Part shown: positions 41,701 to 54,899 of the stretch, one piece after another | Layout of the letters: the number at the start of each line of letters is the position of its first letter | Numbering within the stretch: the first letter of the stretch is position 1 | From: Eledone cirrhosa | Lineage: Eukaryota | Direction: 5' to 3' | NCBI GenBank assembly: GCA_964016885.1 | Contig: OZ024748.1 | Location: 41,726,001-41,790,000, forward strand | DNA: 64,000 nt | Notes under the pieces: model-generated | What the model was told of the DNA's origin: nothing | What the model saw: only the letters and a program-made list of their open reading frames with translations | Databases searched by the model: none | Translations under genes and position numbers: made by a program

Positions 41701-44700
41701 GAGAGACACTAGGACAATAATAGACATGTGACGGGAATGTCAGGTGAACAGAGACAGACAGACGTGAGAGAGACACTAGGACAATTATAGACAGGTGGGG
41801 GGAATGTCAGGTGAACAGAGACAGACAGACGTGAGAGACAGACCAGGACAATTATAGATAGGTGGGGCGAATGTCAGGTGAGCAGAGACAGACAGACGTG
41901 AGAGAGACACTAGGACAAGTATAGACAGGTGAGAGAAATGTCAGGTGAGCAGAGACAGACAGACAGACGTGAGAGAGACACTAGGACAATTATAGACAGG
42001 TGGGGGAATGTCAGGTGAGCAGAGACAGATAGACGTGAGAGAGAAGTTAGGACAATTATAGACAGGTGGGGGAATGTCAGGTGAGCAGAGACAGACAGAC
42101 AGACGTGACATCGACACTAGGACAATTATAGACAGGTGGGAGGAATGTCAGGTGAGACAGAGACAGACAGACGTGAGGGAGACACTAGGACAATTATAGA
42201 CAGCTGGGAGGAATGTCAGGTGAGCAGAGACAGACAGACAGACGTGAGAAAGACACTGGGACAATTATAGTCAGGTGGGGGGGATGTCAGGTGAGCAGAG
42301 CCAGACAGACAGAGGTGAGAGACGGACCAGGACAATCATAGACAGGTGAGGGGGAACGTCAGGTGAGCAGAGACAGACAGACGTGAGAGAGACACTAGGA
42401 CAATTATAGACAGGTGGGGGGAATGTCAGGTGAGCAGAGACAGACAGACGTGACAACGACACTAGGACAATTATAGACAGGTGGGGGGAATGTCAGGTGA
42501 GCAGAGACAGACAGACAGATGTGAGAGAGACACTAGGACAATTATAGACAGGTGGGGGTAATGTCAGGTGAGCAGAGACAGACACACAGACGTGAGAGAG
42601 ACACTAGGACAATTATAGACAGGTGGGGGGAATGTCAGGTGAGCAGAGACAGACAGACAGATGTGAGAGACAGACCAGGACAATTATAGACAGGTGAGGG
42701 GGAATGTCAGGTGAGCAGAGACAGCCAGACGTGAGAGAGACACTAGGACAATTATAGACAGGTAGAGGGAATGTCAGGTGAGCAGAGACAGACAGACGTG
42801 AGAGAGACACTAGGACAATTATAGACAGGTGAGAGGGAATGTCAGGTGAGCAGAGACAGACAGACAGACGTGAGAGAGACACTAGGACAATTATAGACAG
42901 GTGGGAGGAATGTCAGGTGAGCAGAGACAGACAGACGTGAGAGAGACACTACGACAATTATAGAAAAGTGGGGGGAATGTCAGGTGAGCAGAGACAGACG
43001 GACAGATGTGAGAGACAGACCAGGACAATTATAGACAGGTGAGGGGCAATGTCAGGGGAGCAGAGACAGACAGACGTGAGAGAGACACTAGGACAATTAT
43101 AGACAGGTGGGGGAATGTCAGGTGAGCAGAGACAGACAGACAGACGTGAGAGAGAAACTAGGATAATTATAGACAGGTGGGGGGAATGTCAGGTGAGCAG
43201 AGACAGACAGACAGACGTGAGAGAGACACTAGGACAATTATAGTCAGTGGAGGGAATGTCAGGTGAGCAGAGACACACAGACAGACGTGAGAGACAGACC
43301 AGGTCAATTATAGACAGGTGAGGGGGAATATCAGATGAGCAGTGAGAGACAGACGTGAGAGAGACACTAGGACATTTATAGACAGGTTGAGGTAATGTCA
43401 GGTGAGCAGAGACAGACACACAGACGTGAGAGAGACACTAGGACAATTATAGACAGGTAGAGGGAATGTCAGGTAAGCAGAGACAGACAGACATGAGAGA
43501 GACACTAGGACAACTATAGACAGGTGGGAGAATGTCAGGTGAGCAGAGACAGACAGACAGACATGAGAGAGACACTGGGACAACTATAGAGAGGTGGGAG
43601 AATGTCAGGTGAGCAGAGACAGACAGACAGACATGAGAGAGACACTAGGCCAATTATAGACAGGTGGGAGGAACGTCAGGTGAGCAGAGACAAACAGACA
43701 GACATGAGAGAGACACTAGGACAATAATAGACATGTGACGGGAATGTCAGGTGAACAGAGACAGACAGACGTGAGAGAGACACTAGGACAATTATAGACA
43801 GGTGGGGGGAATGTCAGGTGAACAGAGACAGACAGACAGACGTGAGAGACAGACCAGGACAATTATAGATAGGTGGGGCGAATGTCAGGTGAGCAGAGAC
43901 AGACAGACATGAGGGAGATACTAGGATAATTATAGACAGGTGAGGGGGATTGTCAGGTAAGCAGAGACGTACAGACGTGAGAGAGACACTAGGACAAATA
44001 TAGACAGGTGGAAGGAATGTCAGGTGAGCAGGGACAGACAGACATGAGAGACAGACTCGGACAATTATAGACAGGTGGGGAGAATGTCAGGTGAGCAGAG
44101 ACAGACAGACGTGAGAGAGACACTAGGACAAGTATAGACAGGTGAGAGAAATGTCAGGTGAGCAGAGACAGACAGACAGACGTGAGAGAGACACTAGGAC
44201 AATTATAGACAGGTGGGGGGAATGTCAGTTGAACAGAGACAGACATACAGACGTGAAAGAGACACTCGGACAATTATAGACAGGTGGGGGGAATGTCAGG
44301 TGAGCAGAGACAGACAGACGTGAGAGAGAAGTTAGGACAATTATAGACAGGTGGGGGAATGTCAGGTGAGCAGAGACAGACATACAGACATGATATCGAC
44401 ACTAGGACAATTATAGACAGGTGGGAGGAATGTCAGGTGAGCAGAGACAGACAGACAGACGTGAGAGAGACACTGGGACAATTATAGTCAGGTGGGGGGG
44501 ATGTCAGGTGAGCAGAGACAGACAGACAGACGTGAGAGAGACACTGGGACAATTATAGTCAGGTGGGGGGGATGTCAGGTGAGCAGAGACAGACAGACAG
44601 ACAGAGGTGAGAGACGGACCAGGACAATCATAGACAGGTGAGGGGGAACGTCAGGTGAGCAGAGACAGACAGATGTGAGAGAGACACGAGGACAATTATA

Positions 44701-47700
44701 GACAGGTGGGGGGAATGTCAGGTGAGCAGAGACAGACAGACGTGACAACGACACTAGGACAATTATAGACAGGTGGGAGGAATGTCAGGTGAGCAGAGAC
44801 AGACAGACAGATGTGAGAGAGACACTAGGACAATTATAGACAGGTGGGGGTAATGTCAGGTGAGCAGAGACAGACACACAGACGTGAGAGAGACACTAGG
44901 ACAATTATAGACAGGTGGGGGGAATGTCAGGTGAGCAGAGACAGACAGACAGATGTGAGAGACAGACCAGGACAATTATAGACAGGTGAGGGGGAATGTC
45001 AGGTGAGCAGAGACAGCCAGACGTGAGAGACACACTAGGACAATTATAGACAGGTAGAGGGAATGTCAGGTGAGCAGAGACAGACAGACGTGAGAGAGAC
45101 ACTAGGACAATTATAGACAGGTGAGAGGGAATGTCAGGTGAGCAGAGACAGACAGACAGACGTGAGAGAGACACTAGGACAATTATAGACAGGTGGGAGG
45201 AATGTCAGGTGAGCAGAGACAGACAGACGTGAGAGAGACACTACGATAATTATAGAAAAGTGGGGGGAATGTCAGGTGAGCAGAGACAGACGGACAGATG
45301 TGAGAGACAGACCAGGACAATTATAGACAGGTGAGGGGCAATGTCAGGGGAGCAGAGACAGACAGACGTGAGAGAGACACTAGGACAATTATAGACAGGT
45401 GGGGGAATGTCAGGTGAGCAGAGACAGACAGACAGACGTGAGAGAGAAACTAGGATAATTATAGACAGGTGGGGGGAATGTCAGGTGAGCAGAGACAGAC
45501 AGACAGACGTGAGAGAGACACTAGGACAATTATAGTCAGTGGAGGGAATGTCAGGTGAGCAGAGACACACAGACAGACGTGAGAGACAGACCAGGACAAT
45601 TATAGACAGGTGAGGGGGAATATCAGATGAGCAGTGAGAGACAGACGTGAGAGAGACACTAGGACATTTATAGACAGGTTGAGGTAATGTCAGGTGAGCA
45701 GAGACAGACACACAGACGTGAGAGAGACACTAGGACAGTTATAGACAGGTAGAGGGAATGTCAGGTAAGCAGAGACAGACAGACATGAGAGAGACACTAG
45801 GACAACTATAGACAGGTGGGAGGAATGTCAGGTGAGCAGAGACAAACAGACAGACATGAGAGAGACACAAGGACAATTATAGACATGTGACGGGAATGTC
45901 AGGTGAACAGAGACAGACAGACGTGAGAGAGACACTAGGGCAATTATAGACAGGTGGGGGGAATGTCAGGTGAGCAGAGACAAACAGACAGACATGAGAG
46001 AGACACTAGGACAATTATAGACATGTGACGGGAATGTCAGGTGAACAGAGACAGACAGACGTGAGAGAGACACTAGGACAATTATAGACAGGTGGGGGAA
46101 TGTCAGGTGAGCAGAGACAGACAGATGTGAGAGAGAAACTAGGATAATTATAGACAGATGGGGGGAATGTCAGGTGAGCAGAGACAGACAGACGTCAGAG
46201 AGAAGTTAGGACAATTATAGACAGGTGGGGAATGTCAGGTGAGCAGAGACAGACAGACAGACGTGACAACGACACTAGGACAATTATAGACAGGTGGGAG
46301 GAATGTCAGGTGAGCCGAGACAGACAGACGTGAGGGAGACACTAGGACAATTATAGACAGGTGGGAGGAATGTCAGGTGAGCAGAGACAGACAGACAGAC
46401 GTGAGAAAGACACTGGGACAATTATAGTCAGGTGGGGGGGATGTCAGGTGAGCAGAGCCAGACAGACAGAGGTGAGAGACGGACCAGGACAATCATAGAC
46501 AGGTGAGGGGGAACGTCAGGTGAGCAGAGACAGACAGACGTGAGAGAGACACTAGGACAATTATAGACAGGTGGGGGGAATGTCAGGTGAGCAGAGACAG
46601 ACAGACGTGACAACGACACTAGGACAATTATAGACAGGTGGGGGGAATGTCAGGTGAGCAGAGACAGACAGACAGATGTGAGAGAGACACTAGGACAATT
46701 ATAGACAGGTGGGGGTAATGTCAGGTGAGCAGAGACAGACACACAGACGTGAGAGAGACACTAGGACAATTATAGACAGGTGGGGGGAATGTCAGGTGAG
46801 CAGAGACAGACAGACAGATGTGAGAGACAGACCAGGACAATTATAGACAGGTGAGGGGGAATGTCAGGTGAGCAGAGACAGCCAGACGTGAGAGAGACAC
46901 TAGGACAATTATAGACAGGTAGAGGGAATGTCAGGTGAGCAGAGACAGACAGACGTGAGAGAGACACTAGGACAATTATAGACAGGTGAGAGGGAATGTC
47001 AGGTGAGCAGAGACAGACAGACAGACGTGAGAGAGACACTAGGACAATTATAGACAGGTGGGAGGAATGTCAGGTGAGCAGAGACAGACAGACGTGAGAG
47101 AGACACTACGACAATTATAGAAAAGTGGGGGGAATGTCAGGTGAGCAGAGACAGACGGACAGATGTGAGAGACAGACCAGGACAATTATAGACAGGTGAG
47201 GGGCAATGTCAGGGGAGCAGAGACAGACAGACGTGAGAGAGACACTAGGACAATTATAGACAGGTGGGGGAATGTCAGGTGAGCAGAGACAGACAGACAG
47301 ACGTGAGAGAGAAACTAGGATAATTATAGACAGGTGGGGGGAATGTCAGGTGAGCAGAGACAGACAGACAGACGTGAGAGAGACACTAGGACAATTATAG
47401 TCAGTGGAGAGAATGTCAGGTGAGCAGAGACACACAGACAGACGTGAGAGACAGACCAGGTCAATTATAGACAGGTGAGGGGGAATATCAGATGAGCAGT
47501 GAGAGACAGACGTGAGAGAGACACTAGGACATTTATAGACAGGTTGAGGTAATGTCAGGTGAGCAGAGACAGACACACAGACGTGAGAGAGACACTAGGA
47601 CAATTATAGACAGGTAGAGGGAATGTCAGGTAAGCAGAGACAGACAGACATGAGAGAGACACTAGGACAACTATAGACAGGTGGGAGAATGTCAGGTGAG

Positions 47701-50700
47701 CAGAGACAGACAGACAGACATGAGAGAGACACTGGGACAACTATAGAGGTGGGAGAATGTCAGGTGAGCAGAGACAGACAGACAGACATGAGAGAGACAC
47801 TAGGCCAATTATAGACAGGTGGGAGGAACGTCAGGTGAGCAGAGACAAACAGACAGACATGAGAGAGACACTAGGACAATAATAGACATGTGACGGGAAT
47901 GTCAGGTGAACAGAGACAGACAGACGTGAGAGAGACACTAGGACAATTATAGACAGGTGGGGGGAATGTCAGGTGAACAGAGACAGACAGACAGACGTGA
48001 GAGACAGACCAGGACAATTATAGATAGGTGGGGCGAATGTCAGGTGAGCAGAGACAGACAGACATGAGGGAGATACTAGGATAATTATAGACAGGTGAGG
48101 GGGATTGTCAGGTAAGCAGAGACGTACAGACGTGAGAGAGACACTAGGACAAATATAGACAGGTGGAAGGAATGTCAGGTGAGCAGGGACAGACAGACAT
48201 GAGAGACAGACTCGGACAATTATAGACAGGTGGGGAGAATGTCAGGTGAGCAGAGACAGACAGACGTGAGAGAGACACTAGGACAAGTATAGACAGGTGA
48301 GAGAAATGTCAGGTGAGCAGAGACAGACAGACAGACGTGAGAGAGACACTAGGACAATTATAGACAGGTGGGGGGAATGTCAGTTGAACAGAGACAGACA
48401 TACAGACGTGAAAGAGACACTCGGACAATTATAGACAGGTGGGGGGAATGTCAGGTGAGCAGAGACAGACAGACGTGAGAGAGAAGTTAGGACAATTATA
48501 GACAGGTGGGGGAATGTCAGGTGAGCAGAGACAGACATACAGACATGATATCGACACTAGGACAATTATAGACAGGTGGGAGGAATGTCAGGTGAGCAGA
48601 GACAGACAGACAGACGTGAGAGAGACACTGGGACAATTATAGTCAGGTGGGGGGGATGTCAGGTGAGCAGAGACAGACAGACAGACGTGAGAGAGACACT
48701 GGGACAATTATAGTCAGGTGGGGGGGATGTCAGGTGAGCAGAGACAGACAGACAGACAGAGGTGAGAGACGGACCAGGACAATCATAGACAGGTGAGGGG
48801 GAACGTCAGGTGAGCAGAGACAGACAGATGTGAGAGAGACACGAGGACAATTATAGACAGGTGGGGGGAATGTCAGGTGAGCAGAGACAGACAGACGTGA
48901 CAACGACACTAGGACAATTATAGACAGGTGGGAGGAATGTCAGGTGAGCAGAGACAGACAGACAGATGTGAGAGAGACACTAGGACAATTATAGACAGGT
49001 GGGGGTAATGTCAGGTGAGCAGAGACAGACACACAGACGTGAGAGAGACACTAGGACAATTATAGACAGGTGGGGGGAATGTCAGGTGAGCAGAGACAGA
49101 CAGACAGATGTGAGAGACAGACCAGGACAATTATAGACAGGTGAGGGGGAATGTCAGGTGAGCAGAGACAGCCAGACGTGAGAGAGACACTAGGACAATT
49201 ATAGACAGGTAGAGGGAATGTCAGGTGAGCAGAGACAGACAGACGTGAGAGAGACACTAGGACAATTATAGACAGGTGAGAGGGAATGTCAGGTGAGCAG
49301 AGACAGACAGACAGACGTGAGAGAGACACTAGGACAATTATAGACAGGTGGGAGGAATGTCAGGTGAGCAGAGACAGACAGACGTGAGAGAGACACTACG
49401 ATAATTATAGAAAAGTGGGGGGAATGTCAGGTGAGCAGAGACAGACGGACAGATGTGAGAGACAGACCAGGACAATTATAGACAGGTGAGGGGCAATGTC
49501 AGGGGAGCAGAGACAGACAGACGTGAGAGAGACACTAGGACAATTATAGACAGGTGGGGGAATGTCAGGTGAGCAGAGACAGACAGACAGACGTGAGAGA
49601 GAAACTAGGACAATTATAGTCAGTGGAGGGAATGTCAGGTGAGCAGAGACACACAGACAGACGTGAGAGACAGACCAGGACAATTATAGACAGGTGAGGG
49701 GGAATATCAGATGAGCAGTGAGAGACAGACGTGAGAGAGACACTAGGACATTTATAGACAGGTTGAGGTAATGTCAGGTGAGCAGAGACAGACACACAGA
49801 CGTGAGAGAGACACTAGGACAGTTATAGACAGGTAGAGGGAATGTCAGGTAAGCAGAGACAGACAGACATGAGAGAGACACTAGGACAACTATAGACAGG
49901 TGGGAGGAATGTCAGGTGAGCAGAGACAAACAGACAGACATGAGAGAGACACAAGGACAATTATAGACATGTGACGGGAATGTCAGGTGAACAGAGACAG
50001 ACAGACGTGAGAGAGACACTAGGGCAATTATAGACAGGTGGGGGGAATGTCAGGTGAGCAGAGACAAACAGACAGACATGAGAGAGACACTAGGACAATT
50101 ATAGACATGTGACGGGAATGTCAGGTGAACAGAGACAGACAGACGTGAGAGAGACACTAGGACAATTATAGACAGGTGGGGGAATGTCAGGTGAGCAGAG
50201 ACAGACAGATGTGAGAGAGAAACTAGGATAATTATAGACAGATGGGGGGAATGTCAGGTGAGCAGAGACAGACAGACGTCAGAGAGAAGTTAGGACAATT
50301 ATAGACAGGTGGGGAATGTCAGGTGAGCAGAGACAGACAGACAGACGTGACAACGACACTAGGACAATTATAGACAGGTGGGAGGAATGTCAGGTGAGCC
50401 GAGACAGACAGACGTGAGGGAGACACTAGGACAATTATAGACAGGTGGGAGGAATGTCAGGTGAGCAGAGACATACAGACAGACGTGAGAGAGACACTAG
50501 GACAATAATAGTCAGGTGGGGGGAATGTCAGGTGAGCAGAGACAGACAGACGTGAGAGAGACACTAGGACAATTATAGACAGGTGGCGGTAATGTCAGGT
50601 GAGCAGAGACAGACACACAGACGTGAGAGAGACACTAGGACAATTATAGACAGGTGGGGGAATGTCAGGTGAGCAGAGACAGACAGACAGATGTGAGAGA

Positions 50701-50980
50701 CAGACCGGACAATTATAGACAGGTGAGGGGGAATGTCAGGTGAGCAGAGACAGACAGACATGAGAGAGACACTAGGACAATTATAGACAAGTGAGGGGGA
50801 TTGTCAGGTGAGCAGAGACAGACACACGTGAGAGAGACACTAGGACAATTATAGACAGGTGAGGGGGAACGTCAGGTGAGCAGAGACAGACAGACAGACA
50901 TGAGAGAGACACTAGGACAATTATAGACAGGTGAGAGGGAATATCAGGTGAGCAGAGACAGCCAGACGTGAGAGAGACAC
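35750..50980 (+). repeat. Three copies of a ~4.15 kb higher-order unit (offsets 6648 and 4157/4155), the first two separated by an extra ~2 kb HOR block
   Basis: CATGATATCG is at 37741, 44389 and 48544. ORF pairs 35965/42613, 36541/43189 and 38257/44905 are offset by 6648; 42271/46428, 42613/46770 and 43189/47346 by 4157. Confidence 0.9.
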
Positions 50981-53900
50981 TAGGACAATTATAGACAGGT
51001 GGGGGGAATGTCAGGTGAGCAGAGACAGACAGATGTGAGAGACAGACCAGGACAATTATAGACAGGCGAGGGGGAATGTCAGGTGAGCAGAGACAGACAG
51101 ACATGAGAGAGACACTAGGACAATTATAGACAGGTGAGGGGGATTGTCAGGTGAGCAGAGACAGACAGACGTGAGAGAGACACTAGGACAATTATAGACA
51201 GATGAGGGGGAAAGTCAGGTGAGCAGAGACAGACAGACAGACATGAGAGAGACACTAGGACAATTATAGACAGGTGAGAGGGAATGTCAGGTGAGCAGAG
51301 ACAGACAGCCAGACGTGAGAGAGACACTAGGACAATTATAGACAGGTGGGAGGAATGTCAGGTGAGCAGAGACAGACAGACGTGAGAGAGACACTACGAC
51401 AATTATAGACAGGTGGGGGGAATGTCAGGTGAGCAGAGACAGACAGACATGAGAGAGACACTAGGACAGTTATAGACAGGTGGGGGGAATGTCAGGTGAG
51501 CAGAGACAGACAGACGTGAGAGAGACACTAGGACAATTTTAGACAGGTGGGAGAAATGTCAGGTGAGCAGAGACAGACAGACAGACGTGAGTGAGACACT
51601 AGGACAATTATAGACAGGTAGAGGGAATGTCAGGTGAGCAGAGACAGACAGCCAGACGTGAGAGAAACACTAGGACAATTATAGACAGGTAGAGGGAATG
51701 TCAGGTGAGTAGATACAGACAGACGTGAGAGACAGACTAGGACAATTATAGACAGGTGGGGAGAATGTCAGGTGAGCAGAGAGACAGACATGAGGGAGAC
51801 ACTAGGACAATTATAGACAGGTGACGGGGAATCTCAAGTAAGCAGAGACAGACAGACGTGAGAGAGACACTAGGACAATTATAGACAGGTGGGGGGAATG
51901 TCAGGTGAACAGAGACAGACAGACAGACGTGAGAGACAGACCAGGACAATTATAGACAGGTGAGGGGGAATGTCAGGTGAGCAGAGACAGACAGACGTGA
52001 GAGAGACACTAGGACAATTATAGACAGGTGGGGAGAATGTCAGGTGAGCAGAGACAGACAGACAGACGTGAGAGAGACACTAGGACAATTATAGACAGGT
52101 GAGGGGGAATGTCAGGTGAGCAGAGACAGACAGCCAGACGTGAGAGAGACACTAGGACAATTATAGACAGGTGGGGGGAATGTCAGGTGAGCAGAGACAG
52201 ACAGACGTGAGAGAGACACTACGACAATTATAGACAGGTGGGGGGAATGTCAGGTGAGCAGAGACAGACAGACATGAGAGAGACACTAGGACAATTATAG
52301 ACAGGTGGGGGGAATGTCAGGTGAGCAGAGACAGACAGACAGACGTGAGAGACACTAGGACAATTAAAGACAAGTGGGGGGAATGTCAGGTGAGCAGAGA
52401 CAGACAGACGTGAGAGAGACACTAGGACAATTTTAGACAGGTGGGGGGAATGTCAGGTGAGCAGAGACAGACAGACGTGAGAGACAGACTAGGACATTTA
52501 TAGACAGGTTGGGAGAATGTCAGGTGAGCAGAGACAGACAGACATGAGGGAGACACTAGGAGAATTATAGACAGGTGACGGGGAATCTCAGGTGAGCAGA
52601 GACAGACAGACGTGAGAGAGACACTAGGACAATTATAGACAGGTGGGGGGAATGTCAGGTGAGCAGAAACGGACAGACAGATGTGAGAGAATCTACGACA
52701 ATTATAGACAGGTGAGGGGAATGTCAGGTGTGCAGAGACAGACAGACAGATGTGAGAGAGACACTAGGAGAATTATAGACAGGTGGGAGGAATATCAAGT
52801 GAGCAGAGACAGACAGACAGACATGAGAGAGACACTAGGACAATTATAGACAGGTGGGGGAATGTCAGGTGTGCGAAGACAGACAGACAGACGCGAGAGA
52901 GAGACTAGGACAATTATAGACAGGTGAGGGGGAATATCAGATTAGCAGAGACACTAGGACAATTATAGACAGGTTGAGGTAATGTCAAGTGAGCAGAGAC
53001 AGACACACAGACGTGAGAGAGACACTAGGACAATTAGAGACAGGTAGGGGGAATGTCAGGTGAACATAGACAGACAGACAGACGTGAGAGACAGACCAGG
53101 ACAATTATAGACAGGTGGGGGGAATGTCAGATGAGCAGAGACAGACAGACATGAGGGAGATACTAGGATAATTATAGACAGGTGAGGGGGATTGGCAGGT
53201 AAGCAGAGACAGACAGACGTGAGAGAGACACTAGGACAAATATAGACAGGTGGAAGGAATGTCAGGTGAGCATGGACAGACAGACGTGAGAGACAGACTA
53301 GGACAATTAAAGACGGGTGAGGGGGAATGTCAGGTGAGCAGAGACAGACAGACGTGAGAGAGACACTAGGACAATTTTAGATAGGTGGGAGAAATGTCAG
53401 GTGAGCAGAGACAGACAGACAGACATGAGTGAGACACTAGGACAATTATAGACAGGTAGAGGGAATGTCAGGTGAGCAGAGACGGACAGCCAGACGTGAG
53501 AGAGACACTAGGACAATTATAGACAGGTAGAGGGAATGTCAGGTGAGTAGAGACAGACAGACGTGAGAGACAGACTAGGACAATTATAGACAGGTGGGGA
53601 GAATGTCAGGTGAGCAGAGACAGACAGACATGAGGGAGACACTAGGACAATTATAGACAGGTGACGGGGAATCTCAAGTGAGCAGAGACAGACAGACGTG
53701 AGAGAGACACTAGGTCAATTATAGACAGGTGGGGGAATGTCAGGTGAGCAGAGACAGACAGACAGATGTGAGAGACAGACCAGGACAATTATAGACAGGT
53801 GAGGGGGAATGTCAGGTGAGCAGAGACAGACAGACATGAGAGAGACACTAGGACAATTATAGACAAGTGAGGGGGATTGTCAGGTGAGCAGAGACAGACA

Positions 53901-54560
53901 CACGTGAGAGAGAAACTAGGACAATTATAGACAGGTGAGGGGGAACGTCAGGTGAGCAGAGACAGACAGACAGACATGAGAGAGACACTAGGACAATTAT
54001 AGACAGGTGAGAGGGAATATCAGGTGAGCAGAGACAGCCAGACGTGAGAGAGACACTAGTACAATTATAGACAGGTGGGGGGAATGTCAGGTGAGCAGAG
54101 ACAGACAGATGTGAGAGACAGACCAGGACAATTATAGACAGGCGAGGGGGAATGTCAGGTGAGCAGAGACAGACAGACATGAGAGAGACACTAGGACAAT
54201 TATACACAGGTGAGGGGGATTGTCAGGTGAGCAGAGACAGACAGACGTGAGAGAGACACTAGGACAATTATAGACAGATGAGGGGGAAAGTCAGGTGAGC
54301 AGAGACAGACAGACAGACATGAGAGAGACACTAGGACAATTATAGACAGGTGAGAGGGAATGTCGGGTGAGCAGAGACAGACAGCCAGACGTGAGAGAGA
54401 CACTAGGACAATTATAGACAGGTGGGAGGAATGTCAGGTGAGCAGAGACAGACAGACGTGGGAGAGACACTACGACAATTATAGACAGGTGGGGGGAATG
54501 TCAGGTGAGCAGAGACAGACAGACATGAGAGAGACACTAGGACAGTTATAGACAGGTGGG
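50650..54560 (+). repeat. ~0.8 kb block repeated at offset 3076 (about 50650-51480 and 53720-54560)
   Basis: ORF pairs 50781/53857 and 51124/54200; shared TAGACAAGTGAGGGGGATTG, GACACACGTG and GGACAGTT variants. Confidence 0.82.
52151..52217 (+). repeat. Representative exact consensus monomer (67 bp; 24 A, 25 G, 9 C, 9 T)
   Basis: Read directly: ACTAGGACAATTATAGACAGGTGGGGGGAATGTCAGGTGAGCAGAGACAGACAGACGTGAGAGAGAC. Confidence 0.95.
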
Positions 54561-54899
54561 AGGAATGTCAGGTGAGCAGAGACATACAGACAGACGTGAG
54601 AGAGACACTAGGACAATTTTAGACAGGTGGGGGGAATGTCAGGTAAGCAGAGACAGACAGACGTGAGAGAGACACTAGGACAATTATAGACAGGTGGGGA
54701 GAATGTCAGGTGAGCAGAGACAGACAGACAGACGTGAGAGAGACACTAGGACAATTATAGACAGGTGGGAGGAATGTCAGGTGAGGTGAGACAGACAGAC
54801 AGATGTGAGAGAGACACTAGGACAATTATAGACAGGTGGCGGTAATGTCAGGTGAGCAGAGACAGACACACAGACGTGAGAGAGACACTAGGACAATTA

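Noticed and set aside
52156-52184. GACA...TGTC inverted repeat or hairpin around the G-tract
   Set aside because: The stem is only 4-6 imperfect bp with no compensatory changes seen, which is expected by chance given the abundance of GACA.
52171-52186. Tandem micro-exon gene, with the variable segment between the two CAG|GT sites as exons
   Set aside because: Segment length varies 15-17 nt with no frame conservation, the implied ~51-55 nt introns are purine-rich with no polypyrimidine tract, and there is no unique flanking exon.
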